Shown in pieces: positions 1-10,941 of a stretch of 64,000 nucleotides of DNA. The first letter of the stretch is position 1. The number at the start of each line of letters is the position of its first letter. A program made the translations under genes and the position numbers. The DNA is taken from positions 448,001-512,000 of the forward strand of contig CAXXXF010000003.1 in the NCBI GenBank assembly GCA_963667175.2. Reading direction: 5' to 3'. This DNA is from Candidatus Latescibacterota bacterium. GTDB lineage: Bacteria; Latescibacterota; UBA2968; GCA-2709665. A model generated the notes under the pieces. The model was given only the letters and a program-made list of their open reading frames with translations, had not been told where the DNA came from and ran no database searches.

Positions 1-1091
1 AGAACGACGGCTTTATCGATGAACGGCGGGATCCGGAAAAGTCGACGCGTGCCGCAATCCGGCATATCCGTCACCTTTACGGGCTTTTTGGCGACTGGCG
101 TCTTGTCATTGCCGCGTACAACTGCGGGCAGGGCCGTCTCCAACGCATTATTCAGCGTTCGCGAACGGACGATTTCTGGAGACTGAGGGGCTTGCCCGGG
201 GAAACGCGGAGACACGTCCCAAGATTCATGGCGGCCCTCATCATCTCCAAAGATCCCGAGTGGTTCGGGTTTAACGACGTGGTGTATCAGACACCTGAGA
301 AATACGACTCAGTGCCGGTGATGGAGTGTGTCGACCTTCGTGTGGCCGCCGAATGTGCGGGTACGTCCTACTCGCGCATGCGAGTCCTGAATCCGGAACT
401 CTATTCGGGTTATACGCCGCCGGGCAGGCGGAGGCCCTATTATCTCAGAATTCCGGCGGGCGCGGCCGACAGATTCAGAGTCAACTACGCGCGCGTTCCT
501 GCCAGCCGGAAACATGGAATGGTCGAATACACGATGCGTTACGGCGAAACCGTTTCCGGAATTGCCCGCCGGTTCCGTACTTCAATCAAAGCTGTGCTCG
601 CGGCGAACAACATATCGAATCCAAGGCGGATTCGCGCGGGCACAAGGCTGAAGATTCCCATCTTTCCGAACGGCCGACCCACGCGGGCAGTGACAGCGAC
701 TGCGCGCGTGGCGGCGCCCGATCCGGACACGCACCGGAAGGTCGCGCATCGTGTGAAGAAGGGGGACACCCTGTGGGGAATCGGACGCCGGTACGGTGTC
801 ACCCCGAGTCAGATCCGGGCGTGGAATACCCTCAAGAGGCATATTGCGCCGGGCGACCGTCTGGTCATCTGGAGGCCGGAGGCGCATCAGTTTGCTCTGG
901 CCAATCCTTCGGACCAGCGACGCGGCGAATTCTATATTGTCCAATCGGGCGATACGCTCTGGGACATCGCGCGCAGTTTCAGAGTCCGGGTCAACGACCT
1001 CAAGAAATGGAACCGCATCCGGAAACCCGGAAGTCTGCGGGTGGGCGCCCGGCTACTCATACGACAGTCCGGATCCCGGGCTGTCGACTGA
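1..1091 (+). CDS. mltD: Lytic murein transglycosylase with LysM repeats (MltD-like), 5' truncated by window
   Basis: Frame open from base 3: IDERRDPEKSTRAA...DWRLVIAAYNCGQG (SLT domain), then LPGETRRHVPRF and three LysM repeats (GETVSGIA, GDTLWGIG, GDTLWDIA). Confidence 0.85.
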   Translation, partial: NDGFIDERRDPEKSTRAAIRHIRHLYGLFGDWRLVIAAYNCGQGRLQRIIQRSRTDDFWRLRGLPGETRRHVPRFMAALIISKDPEWFGFNDVVYQTPEKYDSVPVMECVDLRVAAECAGTSYSRMRVLNPELYSGYTPPGRRRPYYLRIPAGAADRFRVNYARVPASRKHGMVEYTMRYGETVSGIARRFRTSIKAVLAANNISNPRRIRAGTRLKIPIFPNGRPTRAVTATARVAAPDPDTHRKVAHRVKKGDTLWGIGRRYGVTPSQIRAWNTLKRHIAPGDRLVIWRPEAHQFALANPSDQRRGEFYIVQSGDTLWDIARSFRVRVNDLKKWNRIRKPGSLRVGARLLIRQSGSRAVD

Positions 1092-1125
1092 GTCAACCGG
1101 CAGAACAAAGAGGGAGGGCTCGCTC

Positions 1126-1653
1126 ACGCCCCAACTGTCGCTCCTGAGAGTCCTTCGAGACCTTTTTCTGATCGCCCTGGCGCTGCTCATTCAGACCTCC
1201 TGGGCGCATTCGGTCCGAATTCTGGACGTCGGCCCGGATCTTGTTATCATCGTGCTGGTGTACCTGGGCATAAACGGAGGGCAGATTGAAGGCACATTAT
1301 ACGGATTCGCATCCGGCTTCCTGCTGGACGTCTACAGCCCCGAGACGATGGGCATCAACGCGCTTGCAAACAGCGTGGTCGGATTTTCCGTCGGCCATTT
1401 CCGATCGGGCGTCACAATCGAAGATTTCCGCATGCAGGCCCTGCTGCTCTTCCTGGCGGTTCTGCTGCACGATGTGATCTATTTTGTTTTCGCTAACGTT
1501 CTCTCGAATCTGGATGCGATTCCAGCATTGATCGTCCGGTTCGGGATCGGGACGGCATTATACACCGCGGTCGTTGGAGTCGGCATTTCGCTGGTATTGT
1601 CCATTCGCTTCAACAAGGGGATTTACCTCGATGCACGACGACTTTATGGATAA
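1126..1653 (+). CDS. mreD: Rod shape-determining protein MreD (start uncertain)
   Basis: Hydrophobic protein with GPDLVII, GF.SG.LLD motifs, directly upstream of PBP2; no canonical start before the PDL motif. Confidence 0.85.
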   Translation, partial: TPQLSLLRVLRDLFLIALALLIQTSWAHSVRILDVGPDLVIIVLVYLGINGGQIEGTLYGFASGFLLDVYSPETMGINALANSVVGFSVGHFRSGVTIEDFRMQALLLFLAVLLHDVIYFVFANVLSNLDAIPALIVRFGIGTALYTAVVGVGISLVLSIRFNKGIYLDARRLYG

Positions 1654-3523
1654 CGGCTTTCGGAAGACCCGGGCACGATGGATGATGTCTGTGGTGATCG
1701 TCCTGTTTGCCGTTCTGTTTGTCGGCGTGTTCCGGCTGCAGATTACAGACAGCGAACGCTACAGCATCCAGTCCAAGAAAAACACGATGCAGGTGGTGCC
1801 CATCGAAGCCGGCCGGGGCCTGATTACGGATCGCAACGGCGTACTCCTCGTAGACAATCGGCCCTCGTACACCATTTCCGTCCTTCCGCAACGACTGCGT
1901 GGTAATACCGATCCGACGGTTCGCGGGCGCGTGGTCAACCGGCTCAGTCAGGTTGCGGGCCTGCCTGTACAGCGCATCAACCGAAAACTCGAGGACCGAA
2001 ACCGCCGTTTCCACGAGCCTGTAAGACTGATACGAGACGTTGGATTCAACATCGTGTCCGTCGTGGAAGAAGAACGCCACGATCTGCCGGGCGTGGAAAT
2101 ACAGTTTGAAGCCCGCAGAGGATATCTCAGCCTCAGCCGCGGCTTCCCTCTTGCGCCTCATATCGTCGGATACGTCGGATTGATCGACCCCGAGACCTAT
2201 GAGCGTAAGCGGGAGATGGGTTACCGTCTGGACGACCAGATCGGCAAACGGGGGATTGAGCGCTTGTGCGAGTCTGTACTGAGGGGCCGGGAAGGCATGA
2301 AATTCATCGAGGTCGACGCCTTCGGCAGAGAGGTCGGCAGCTTTCCCGAAAGGACAACCCTGCCGTTGCGAGGTAACGACGTTCAGCTGACCCTGGACTG
2401 GCGATTGCAGCAGGCTGCGGAACTCGCGTTTGCCGATTCGCTGAGAGGCAGCCTGGTGGCGATGAATCCGAACAACGGGGAGATCCTCGCCATGGTCAGC
2501 AAACCCGGATTCCATCCACAATCGATTCGCGACCTGCGCCAATGGCGAACCCTGCAGGCCGACAAGTCAAACCCCCTGCTGAACCGAAGCATAAAGGGCG
2601 AATACCCTCCTGCCTCGGTTTTCAAGATGGTTACGGCGATTGCCGGTCTTGAAACGGGCCTGATCGACTCCGAAACAGCGCGATACCGGTCTTGTGCCGG
2701 CGGGATGAAGTTCGGAGACCGGGTGTTCCGCTGCCACAATGCGACAGGCTGTGGACGGCTCTCGCTGCGTGGCGCGCTCATCCGCTCCTGCGACGTCTAC
2801 TTTTACCAGTTGGGGCGCAAGGTGGGGATTACCAACTGGAATCGGTACGCCAGAACGCTCGGATTCGGTCAGCCCACTGGAATCGACATCGCTGCCGGAG
2901 GCGATGGCGAGGCTTCCGGACTCGTCACCGACCGTTCGTACTACACGGCACGCTATGGGCACTGGGCGGACGGGTACATGCTGAATCTCGCAATCGGCCA
3001 GGGCGAGACCTCCGTGACCCCCGTACAGACCGCCCGTTACATCAGCGCGCTGGCTGTGGGCACACTGCCGCGACCCCGTGTCCTGAAGAGTACGGCCCCC
3101 GAGTTCACGCCGGTTCAGATTTCCGCACAGACCCTGAAGACCATACGTAGCATCATGCTGGACGTCGTCGAGGCTCCGTACGGCACAGGAAAACGCGCCA
3201 GGGTGGAAGGGGTACGGGTGGCGGGTAAAACCGGTACGGCACAGAATCCTCACGGTGAAGATCACGCCTGGTTTACCGCCCTTGCACCGGCGCATTATCC
3301 TGAAATCGTGGTCGCCGTCGTGGTCGAAAACGCCGGCCATGGCGGCGCGGTCGCCGCTCCGATCGCGGGGCGGGTTCTGGAGACGTACTTCGACCTGACG
3401 CGGCCGGAACAGAAGACGGATACGATCGTCGCCGCGCGCGTCGACAACGAACAATCACCTGAAGCGAACGACTCCGATCCGGCGCCAGCGGGGAGCACGA
3501 CGCCCGCGGTCGTCTTGCGATAG
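1631..3523 (+). CDS. mrdA: Penicillin-binding protein 2
   Basis: N-terminal TM, RGLITDRNG, SVFK (SxxK), SCD (SxN-like), KTGT motifs; lies between mreD and rodA. Confidence 0.95.
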   Translation: MHDDFMDNGFRKTRARWMMSVVIVLFAVLFVGVFRLQITDSERYSIQSKKNTMQVVPIEAGRGLITDRNGVLLVDNRPSYTISVLPQRLRGNTDPTVRGRVVNRLSQVAGLPVQRINRKLEDRNRRFHEPVRLIRDVGFNIVSVVEEERHDLPGVEIQFEARRGYLSLSRGFPLAPHIVGYVGLIDPETYERKREMGYRLDDQIGKRGIERLCESVLRGREGMKFIEVDAFGREVGSFPERTTLPLRGNDVQLTLDWRLQQAAELAFADSLRGSLVAMNPNNGEILAMVSKPGFHPQSIRDLRQWRTLQADKSNPLLNRSIKGEYPPASVFKMVTAIAGLETGLIDSETARYRSCAGGMKFGDRVFRCHNATGCGRLSLRGALIRSCDVYFYQLGRKVGITNWNRYARTLGFGQPTGIDIAAGGDGEASGLVTDRSYYTARYGHWADGYMLNLAIGQGETSVTPVQTARYISALAVGTLPRPRVLKSTAPEFTPVQISAQTLKTIRSIMLDVVEAPYGTGKRARVEGVRVAGKTGTAQNPHGEDHAWFTALAPAHYPEIVVAVVVENAGHGGAVAAPIAGRVLETYFDLTRPEQKTDTIVAARVDNEQSPEANDSDPAPAGSTTPAVVLR

Positions 3524-3586
3524 CCGGCGTGCAATCCACCGGTACAGGCCGGAAATGCCCGAATTGAGTTAAACAGGAATCTACGC

Positions 3587-4807
3587 GTGGTCCTCTCCCG
3601 TTTCTTCAAACAGGAACTCGATCTGCCGCTGCTGCTTTCGGTTGTACTTGCCACGCTGTTCGGCATTGGCGCAATTTACAGCGCCACGTACAGCTGGGAA
3701 CACGGCGCGGCCGGCAGGATTTACGAAAGGCAGATCATCTGGAGCGCGGTTGCCGTTGCCGCCCTGTTTCTCACCCTGTTCGTGCCGCCGAAATATTACT
3801 ACGCCTTTGCGTACATTCTCTACGGCATCTCAATCTGTCTGCTGGTTCTGGTTCTGCAGTTTGGGGATCAACGCTGGTTCGATCTGGGCCCGTTTCATAT
3901 GCAGCCGTCGGAACTGGCGAAAATAGCCACCATTCTTGCCCTGGCAAGGTACCTTTCGACGCGCAACCTCGACCTGGACCGGCCCCGCTCACTGATTACG
4001 CCGTTTTTTCTGGTTTTGCTTCCGGCGGTTCTGGTATTCAAGCAGCCCGACCTGGGTACCGCGCTGGTGTTCATCTCCGTACTCCTGCCCATGTTCTACT
4101 GGGCCGGCATGAGGCCTGTCGTGCTGTTTTTTCTGATTTCCCCCTTGCTGAGCGTGATCTGCGCCTTCCACTACGTTGCGCTTGTTGTCCTGGTTCTGGC
4201 GATTGCGGGCGTTGTATTTCTGGTTCGACCGGGCCGGTTGATGGTTGGCGCCATTGTCGTGGTCAATCTCGCGGTCGCGGTTGGCGCGCCATTTCTCTGG
4301 GAAAACAAGCTTCACGACTATCAGCGCCGACGGATTCTGACCTTTCTGAATCCCGACCTGGACAAACTCGGCGCGGGCTACCAGGTCATGCAATCCAAGG
4401 TGGCGATCGGCTCGGGCGGCCTTAACGGCAAAGGATACCTGCAGGGTACTCAGACCAAACTCTCCTTCCTTCCCGAACAACACACCGACTTTGTATTCTC
4501 CGTAATCGGCGAGGAGTTCGGATTCGCCGGCGCGACAATCGTTCTCGCCATGTTTCTCCTGATCATCTGGCGCGCAATCCAGATCGCGGGCCTTGTCAAG
4601 AGCCGTTTTTCGAGCCTCGTAGCCATTGGTCTTGCCGCCATGCTGACCTTTCACGTCTTTGTCAATATAGGCATGACCGTCGGCGTGGTGCCGGTTACCG
4701 GTCTGCCGCTGCCGTATTTCAGCTACGGCGGTTCTCACCTCGTTGTCAATCTGATCCTGGCCGGACTGCTGCTCAACATCTATGCCTACAGGCACGAATA
4801 TCATTAA
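3587..4807 (+). CDS. rodA: Rod shape-determining protein RodA (SEDS)
   Basis: QPSELAK, QPDLGTA, LPEQHTDF, GLPLPYFSYGGS motifs. Confidence 0.95.
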   Translation: MVLSRFFKQELDLPLLLSVVLATLFGIGAIYSATYSWEHGAAGRIYERQIIWSAVAVAALFLTLFVPPKYYYAFAYILYGISICLLVLVLQFGDQRWFDLGPFHMQPSELAKIATILALARYLSTRNLDLDRPRSLITPFFLVLLPAVLVFKQPDLGTALVFISVLLPMFYWAGMRPVVLFFLISPLLSVICAFHYVALVVLVLAIAGVVFLVRPGRLMVGAIVVVNLAVAVGAPFLWENKLHDYQRRRILTFLNPDLDKLGAGYQVMQSKVAIGSGGLNGKGYLQGTQTKLSFLPEQHTDFVFSVIGEEFGFAGATIVLAMFLLIIWRAIQIAGLVKSRFSSLVAIGLAAMLTFHVFVNIGMTVGVVPVTGLPLPYFSYGGSHLVVNLILAGLLLNIYAYRHEYH

Positions 4808-4958
4808 AAGCCGCCTGACATTTCTGTTATCCACGTGAAAACGGCGACCAAACGGTCGCCGTTTTCGTTGTCCCTCGACAGGCGCGCGCCCGCGCCGAAA
4901 AATGTGAGCAGGTTGCCTGAAACGCCGGAGGGCATCCGCACGGTGGTCCGTCGCGCGC

Positions 4959-7900
4959 TCAGGACTTCTGGGATACCCAGGCGCGCCGTTCTCCCAGAAA
5001 CGCGCAAATTTCCGAAAACAACGCGTCAGATGGCGACACGGTAAGCGCCCGGGATCGAATGACCTTTGTTTCTCCGTTGCCCAGTTCAAGGTGCAGAACC
5101 ACCTTGCACCCGCCCCGGTGACCTTCCAGCATCGCTTTCAGCTGTTCCAGCGGCTCCGGGTCCAGCATCTCGGCCGGAAGTTTCACGTTAAGCGTGTCCC
5201 CTAGCGTCTCCCTCGCGTGCTCGATCGCCAGAATCTCCTCCACGACCAGCGACTGGCGACCATCGCGTCCCGAAAGCCTGCCCTGGACCACCACCATCGC
5301 GTCGGTTACAAACGCAGCCTTGACTCTTTCATATGCGTCTGGAAACACCACCAGATCCATGGCGCCATCGAGATCCTCAATGGCGCCGAACGCCATCGGC
5401 CGTCCGTTTCGGTCGGTATGCGATCTCGTTTCGGAAATCAGCCCCCCGAGTTTCACGTCGGCGCCCTCAGGCAATTTGCCGGCATCCTGAGACGAACGGA
5501 TGCCCAGCGCGACCAGGTCCGTGCGGTACCTTTCCAGCGGATGCCCGGAGAGATAGAATCCGAGCATGTCTTTTTCGTGCGCGAGCCGCTCGGGTTCCGT
5601 CCACTCCGGCTCATCGGGAAGCACATGGTTGTTGATTACCGCCGTCTGGTCCGCGAGGACTTCCATATCGAAGAGCGAAATCTGACGTCGCTGCCGCGCT
5701 GCCTGTGCGGACTGGCCCGCGTCCAGAGCCCGATCGAGACCCTCCAGGAGTTGCGCCCGATGCCCTGAAAGGCAATCCATCGCTCCGGCGCGGATGAGGC
5801 TCTCGATGGCGCGGCGGTTTACCGTGCGCAGGTCCACGCGTTCACAGAACTCGAACAGGGAATGAAACGGACCGTGTGTTTCCCGCGCGCTCACAATGGC
5901 CTCGACCGCGCCGCGGCCCACGTTTCGCACCGCCGCCATCCCCATCCGAATCGCCGTTTCCGAAGCCTCGAAATTCACGTATGAGGTATTCACGTCGGGC
6001 GGCAGGACCTCCAGCTTCATCCGCCGGCACTCTTCGATCACGACCACCATTCGTTCGATGTTCCCGATCTCGCCATTCAGACTGGCAGCCATGTATTCCT
6101 GAGGATAATTCGCCTTGAGGTAGGCGTTCCGGTACGCGACAACCGCATACGCCGCGGCGTGTGCTTTAGGAAATGCGTACCCTGCGAACACTTCGATATT
6201 GGCGAAGATCTTCTGCGCCAGTTTCCCGTCCACCCCGTGCGAATCGCATCCCGCGATAAACGCGTCTTTCTGACGGGCCATCTCCTCGGGTTTCTTTTTG
6301 CCCATCGCATCGCGCAGGATATCGGCCTGCCCCAGACTGAACCCGGCCAGGACCTGCACGCCTTGCATCACCTGTTCCTGGTAGACCATGATTCCATAGG
6401 TTTCTTTCAGGATGGGTTCCAGCTTCGGATGGTCGTAGGCTACCTCCTGCTGCCCGTGCTTGCGCGCGATGAAGTTCGGAATATGTTGCATCGGGCCCGG
6501 GCGATAGAGCGCGTTCATGGCGATGACGTCATCGATACAGTCGGGCTTCAGCTGCACGAGGTATTCGCGCATGCCCGGGCTTTCGAACTGAAACACGCCC
6601 ACGGTGTCGCCACGACCGAACAGATCCAGGGTCTTTCTGTCGTCTTCAGGGATTTTCGTAAGGTCGAATTCCGGTTCTTTCGTCCGGATCAGTTCCACAG
6701 TCTCGTCGGCAAGCGATAGCTCTTTGAGGCCCAGGAAATCCATCTTCAGAAGCCCGATATCCTCGCAGGTCGGTCCGTCGAACTGGGTGGTCACCTTGCC
6801 GTCTTTAGGGGACTTGTAAAGCGGCACGAATTTCGTCAGATCATCGGGCGCGATAATCACGGCCGCAGCGTGTACCGAAGCGTGCCTTGCCAGTCCCTCC
6901 AGGGCCCGCGCGTGCCGGATCAACTGCGCCTCGCCGCCGCTGCCGTCGGCCATTTCCTTCAGTTCGGGCACCTGTTGTATCGCCTTGTCCAGTGTCATTT
7001 TCAAATCGTTGGGCACCAGCTTGGCGATACGATCGACATCGCCAAACGGCATGTCGTGAACCCGCCCCACGTCGCGGATTGCCGCCTTCGCCTTCAATGT
7101 GCCGAACGTGATGATCTGGCAGACGTTGTTCTCGCCGTATTTGTCGGAAACGTACCTGATCACCTGGTCGCGTTTCTTGTCCGAGAAGTCGATATCGATG
7201 TCCGGCAGACTCAGGCGCTTCGGATTCAGGAACCGCTCGAACAGCAGGTTGTACTTCATCGGATCCAGGTCGGTTATGCGGAGTGAATACGCAACCAGGC
7301 TTCCCGCGCAGGAACCCCGCCCGGGCCCCACCGAGATCCCATGTTCCTTCGCGTATTTGACGTAATCCCAGACGATCAGGAAGTATCCGGCCAATCCCAT
7401 TTCCACGATCAGGTCAAGTTCGAACTCCAGGCGGTTCCGGAACTCCGTCGGGACGGTATCGAACCGCCTCTCCAGGCCCTGTCGCGCCAGATGTTTGAGG
7501 TATTCATCCGCCGTGGTGAATCCCGCGGGCAACGGAAATTCCGGCGCGAGGTAATTCCCGAACGCGAACTCCATATTGACCTTCTCCGCGATCTCGAGAG
7601 TCCGCTCGACCGCATGCGGCAGGTCGGAAAACAGCGTGTGCATCTCGTCCGCTGTCTTGAAATAGACGTTTGTCGGATAACACATTCTGCCGGGGTCTTT
7701 CAGCGTCTTGCCGGTCTGTAGCGCCACGAGAACGGCGTGGGACTCGTGATCGTCGGCTCCCAGAAAATGGGAGTCGTTCGTCGCCACGAGCGGTACCCCC
7801 ATTTCTGAGTGAATCCGAATCAGCCCGTCGTTTATGCGGGGTTCCCTGTCGATGCCGTGCCGCTGAATCTCCAGGTAGTAATCCTCGCCGAAAATGTCCA

Positions 7901-8393
7901 TGTATTGTTCCACCGCGGCCATGGCGGCAGGAACGCCTTCACGCTCGATCAGATGAGGCACCTCGCCGCTCACGCATCCGGAGAGGCAGAGCAGGCCCTC
8001 CGAGTGTTCCCTTAACAGGTCCTTATCGATCCTGGGATGATAGTAGAACCCTTCCGTGTAACCGGCGGAGACCAGCTTGACGAGGTTGGCGTACCCGCGC
8101 GTGTTCTTCGCCAGCAGCACCAGATGGTTCGAACCGCTGGGGACGCCCCGGGCGGGCTTTTTTTCCAACCTGCTTCCGATCGCGCAATAGACCTCGCATC
8201 CGATAATCGGCTTGACGTCCACCGCTTTCATGGCGCGATAGAAGTCCACGGCGCCGAAGAGATTACCGTGGTCGGTAATGGCCGCCGCAGGCATCCCGTA
8301 TTCGGCGGCCCTCGCGGCGAGGCTGTCTATTTTGCAGGCGCCGTCCAGAAGGCTGTACATGCTGTGGCTATGGAGATGCACGAATTCGGCCAT
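4959..8393 (-). CDS. dnaE: DNA polymerase III alpha subunit
   Basis: FVHLHSHSMYSLLDG PHP domain, GRGS.AGS, PDIDID, LKMDFLGL, OB fold. Confidence 0.97.
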   Translation of the reverse strand: MAEFVHLHSHSMYSLLDGACKIDSLAARAAEYGMPAAAITDHGNLFGAVDFYRAMKAVDVKPIIGCEVYCAIGSRLEKKPARGVPSGSNHLVLLAKNTRGYANLVKLVSAGYTEGFYYHPRIDKDLLREHSEGLLCLSGCVSGEVPHLIEREGVPAAMAAVEQYMDIFGEDYYLEIQRHGIDREPRINDGLIRIHSEMGVPLVATNDSHFLGADDHESHAVLVALQTGKTLKDPGRMCYPTNVYFKTADEMHTLFSDLPHAVERTLEIAEKVNMEFAFGNYLAPEFPLPAGFTTADEYLKHLARQGLERRFDTVPTEFRNRLEFELDLIVEMGLAGYFLIVWDYVKYAKEHGISVGPGRGSCAGSLVAYSLRITDLDPMKYNLLFERFLNPKRLSLPDIDIDFSDKKRDQVIRYVSDKYGENNVCQIITFGTLKAKAAIRDVGRVHDMPFGDVDRIAKLVPNDLKMTLDKAIQQVPELKEMADGSGGEAQLIRHARALEGLARHASVHAAAVIIAPDDLTKFVPLYKSPKDGKVTTQFDGPTCEDIGLLKMDFLGLKELSLADETVELIRTKEPEFDLTKIPEDDRKTLDLFGRGDTVGVFQFESPGMREYLVQLKPDCIDDVIAMNALYRPGPMQHIPNFIARKHGQQEVAYDHPKLEPILKETYGIMVYQEQVMQGVQVLAGFSLGQADILRDAMGKKKPEEMARQKDAFIAGCDSHGVDGKLAQKIFANIEVFAGYAFPKAHAAAYAVVAYRNAYLKANYPQEYMAASLNGEIGNIERMVVVIEECRRMKLEVLPPDVNTSYVNFEASETAIRMGMAAVRNVGRGAVEAIVSARETHGPFHSLFEFCERVDLRTVNRRAIESLIRAGAMDCLSGHRAQLLEGLDRALDAGQSAQAARQRRQISLFDMEVLADQTAVINNHVLPDEPEWTEPERLAHEKDMLGFYLSGHPLERYRTDLVALGIRSSQDAGKLPEGADVKLGGLISETRSHTDRNGRPMAFGAIEDLDGAMDLVVFPDAYERVKAAFVTDAMVVVQGRLSGRDGRQSLVVEEILAIEHARETLGDTLNVKLPAEMLDPEPLEQLKAMLEGHRGGCKVVLHLELGNGETKVIRSRALTVSPSDALFSEICAFLGERRAWVSQKS

Positions 8394-8547
8394 GGAGGGG
8401 CGCTCCGATTGCGCTGTTCGAGAGGGTCTTGTTCAGGAGAGAAACGCGCCGCCTGGGGAAAGCGGGGAACATCCGGGGGATAACCGCTAATCAGATTCGC
8501 GCGGGTGTCGTTGACGCGGCCGGCACGGGTTTCCCGGAAACGGAACC

Positions 8548-8576
8548 ATCTTAATTCGAGCCCGCCCAAAAGTCAA
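8548..8576 (-). promoter_or_regulatory. sigma70-type promoter for dnaE
   Basis: TTGACT-N17-TAAGAT on minus strand. Confidence 0.55.
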
Positions 8577-8734
8577 GCGGCAGATTGAGAGGACACTGGA
8601 CGGCCTGTACCTCGAACGGCGCGGGCACGCAAAAAGGCGTTTTCCGTTGAACTTTTAGCGCCTTTGGGTTATTTTATCCTGACTCCGGGAGTGGACGAGA
8701 CGACAGCCGTCCCGGATGGAGGTACCCGCGCTCT

Positions 8735-10015
8735 ATGACCGATTCCCTTGAAATCCAACCCCTGTGCCATCCCGTCGACGCAGACGTGACGGTACCCGGC
8801 TCCAAGTCGTACACCAATCGAGCGCTGTTGATCGCGGCGCTGGCCAATGGCCGGAGCCGCCTTACGGGCGCGCTCGAAAGCGACGACACGAGGGTTATGG
8901 GCGACGCGCTCTCAGCCCTCGGCGTCGACGTCCGGGTCGAAACCGACGACACATTCACTGTCCGGGGCGCGGACGGCCGCGTTCCCGGCTCGAACGCGAC
9001 ACTTTTCGTTGGGAACTCAGGAACCACCGCACGGTTTCTCACGGCCTACCTCGCCCTGGGTTATGGCACGTACACGCTGGAGGGAGCGCCGCGCATGAGA
9101 GAGCGGCCGATCCAGGACCTGATCGACGGTCTGGGACCGTTGGGGGTTCGCGCGCGGAGCCTGGCCGGAAACGGGTGCCCGCCCGTCGTCGTTGAAGGAT
9201 CCGGCCTTGAGGGCGGGCGCACCCGGATGCAGGGCGACCGTAGCAGCCAGTATCTCTCCGCCCTTCTCATGGTTGCGCCGTACGCGCGGAAGGACGTTGA
9301 GGTCCGCGTTGCCGGCAAGCTCGTATCCAGGCCCTACGTCGCCATGACCGTTCGAATCATGGGGGACTTCGGCGTCAGCGTCGTCGCGGAACCCGAAAAC
9401 GTCTTCCACGTGGAGGCGGGACAGCGATACGAAGCCGCCGATTACACCATCGAACCGGACGCCTCCAACGCATCCTATCTCTTCGCCGCGGCTGCGCTTA
9501 CAGGCGGCCGGATCAGGGTTCGCAACCTTTCCTCGCAGTCCGCGCAGGGGGACGTGGGATTCGTGGATGTACTGGAACGAATGGGCTGCGCCGTCAACTG
9601 CCGCCCCGATGGCATCGAAGTCCGGGGCCCCGAGAGGCTCTCCGGCATCGACGTCGACATGAACGCAATGCCCGACGTGGTCCAGACCACGTGCGCACTG
9701 GCGCCGTTTGCCTCCGGGCCGGTCACGGTGCGCAACGTCGGCAACCTGCGCATCAAGGAGACCGACCGCATCGCCGCGATCACTGCCGAACTGCTCAAAC
9801 TTGGCGTGCGCGTCGAGGCCCGGCCCGACGCGCTGACGGTCTATCCCGCCGAGCGCATCCATCCGGCCGAAATCGATACGTACGACGATCATCGGATGGC
9901 CATGAGCATGGCGTTGATCGGCCTGAAAGCGCCGGGCGTCGCCATACGGGATCCCGCCTGCGTCGGAAAGTCATTTCCGGCGTTCTTTCAATGTCTGGAC
10001 GCGCTCAGGCAATAG
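8735..10015 (+). CDS. aroA: EPSP synthase
   Basis: PGSKSYTNR, GNSGTTAR, SSQYLS, LRIKETDRI, DDHRMAM. Confidence 0.97.
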   Translation: MTDSLEIQPLCHPVDADVTVPGSKSYTNRALLIAALANGRSRLTGALESDDTRVMGDALSALGVDVRVETDDTFTVRGADGRVPGSNATLFVGNSGTTARFLTAYLALGYGTYTLEGAPRMRERPIQDLIDGLGPLGVRARSLAGNGCPPVVVEGSGLEGGRTRMQGDRSSQYLSALLMVAPYARKDVEVRVAGKLVSRPYVAMTVRIMGDFGVSVVAEPENVFHVEAGQRYEAADYTIEPDASNASYLFAAAALTGGRIRVRNLSSQSAQGDVGFVDVLERMGCAVNCRPDGIEVRGPERLSGIDVDMNAMPDVVQTTCALAPFASGPVTVRNVGNLRIKETDRIAAITAELLKLGVRVEARPDALTVYPAERIHPAEIDTYDDHRMAMSMALIGLKAPGVAIRDPACVGKSFPAFFQCLDALRQ

Positions 10016-10042
10016 ACCCGCCAACTGCCTCGGATCGAGTTT

Positions 10043-10906
10043 CTACCGCCGCCGCGGTCTTCTCTTACCCTTCGCTTTATTTTCGCGGCGTGTCCGCTCG
10101 CGCTCCAGGATTCTTTTCTTTATCACCCGAAACGCGAGGGTATCCCTGGTCAAGCCCGCTTTGGAGGGCAGTTCTCGGATCTGAAACCGCACGTTCTCCG
10201 CCCGCTCCCGGCTGGCAGGATGGCTGGAAAGCCAACGCTCCAGCTGTCCGGGTTCTTTCTTCCGCATCGCCATCAGCTTCTCGAAAAACGTGGCCGATCC
10301 CTCCGGATCGATCCCCGCCGCGTACGTTGCTTCCACGGCGAACCCGTCGGCTTCCCGTTCGGCGTCTCGCCCGTATTTCAACAGTCCTACACCCGTGAAA
10401 ATGCCGGCGATCTTCCTGAGCGCCCGACGCTGCAATGACGCGTCCTTTCCTCCAATGGTCGCGTCCAGGATTGCGGCCGCGCCGAACCTTATGCTGATTG
10501 CCCTGGCGCCGTGTTTGCCGTCCACGTGCCCGATTTCATGTGCGATGACCCCCGCAAGCTCCGATTCGTTCTCTGCCGTTGTAATCAGTCCACGGTTGAC
10601 GTACAGCCAGCCGCCGGGCAACGCAAATGCGTTGACTTCATCCGTATCCACGACCTTGAAGTGGTACTTCAGATCCGAACGGTGTGAGTGCCGCGCCAGC
10701 CTCTGGCCGAGCCGGTTGACGTACGCGGCGACAAGGTAGTCCTTATAGAGCTTGAGGTCCCGCTCAATGTCCCGCGCAGCATGCCGGCCGATCTCGACTT
10801 CCTGTTCAGTACTCAATATATTGATTCGGCCCACCGCCGCGCAGGACGTCATTGCGCCAAACAGGCACACGGCGATCAGCGAACGCACGTATGGGTTTCG
10901 CATCAT
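10043..10906 (-). CDS. M48 family metallopeptidase, putative lipoprotein
   Basis: VNAFALPGG, HEIGH, EREAD, SHP; lipobox-like MTSC. Confidence 0.9.
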   Translation of the reverse strand: MMRNPYVRSLIAVCLFGAMTSCAAVGRINILSTEQEVEIGRHAARDIERDLKLYKDYLVAAYVNRLGQRLARHSHRSDLKYHFKVVDTDEVNAFALPGGWLYVNRGLITTAENESELAGVIAHEIGHVDGKHGARAISIRFGAAAILDATIGGKDASLQRRALRKIAGIFTGVGLLKYGRDAEREADGFAVEATYAAGIDPEGSATFFEKLMAMRKKEPGQLERWLSSHPASRERAENVRFQIRELPSKAGLTRDTLAFRVIKKRILERERTRRENKAKGKRRPRRR

Positions 10907-10941
10907 TGCCAGGACCACCTTTCACGATACGAGACGGGCCG

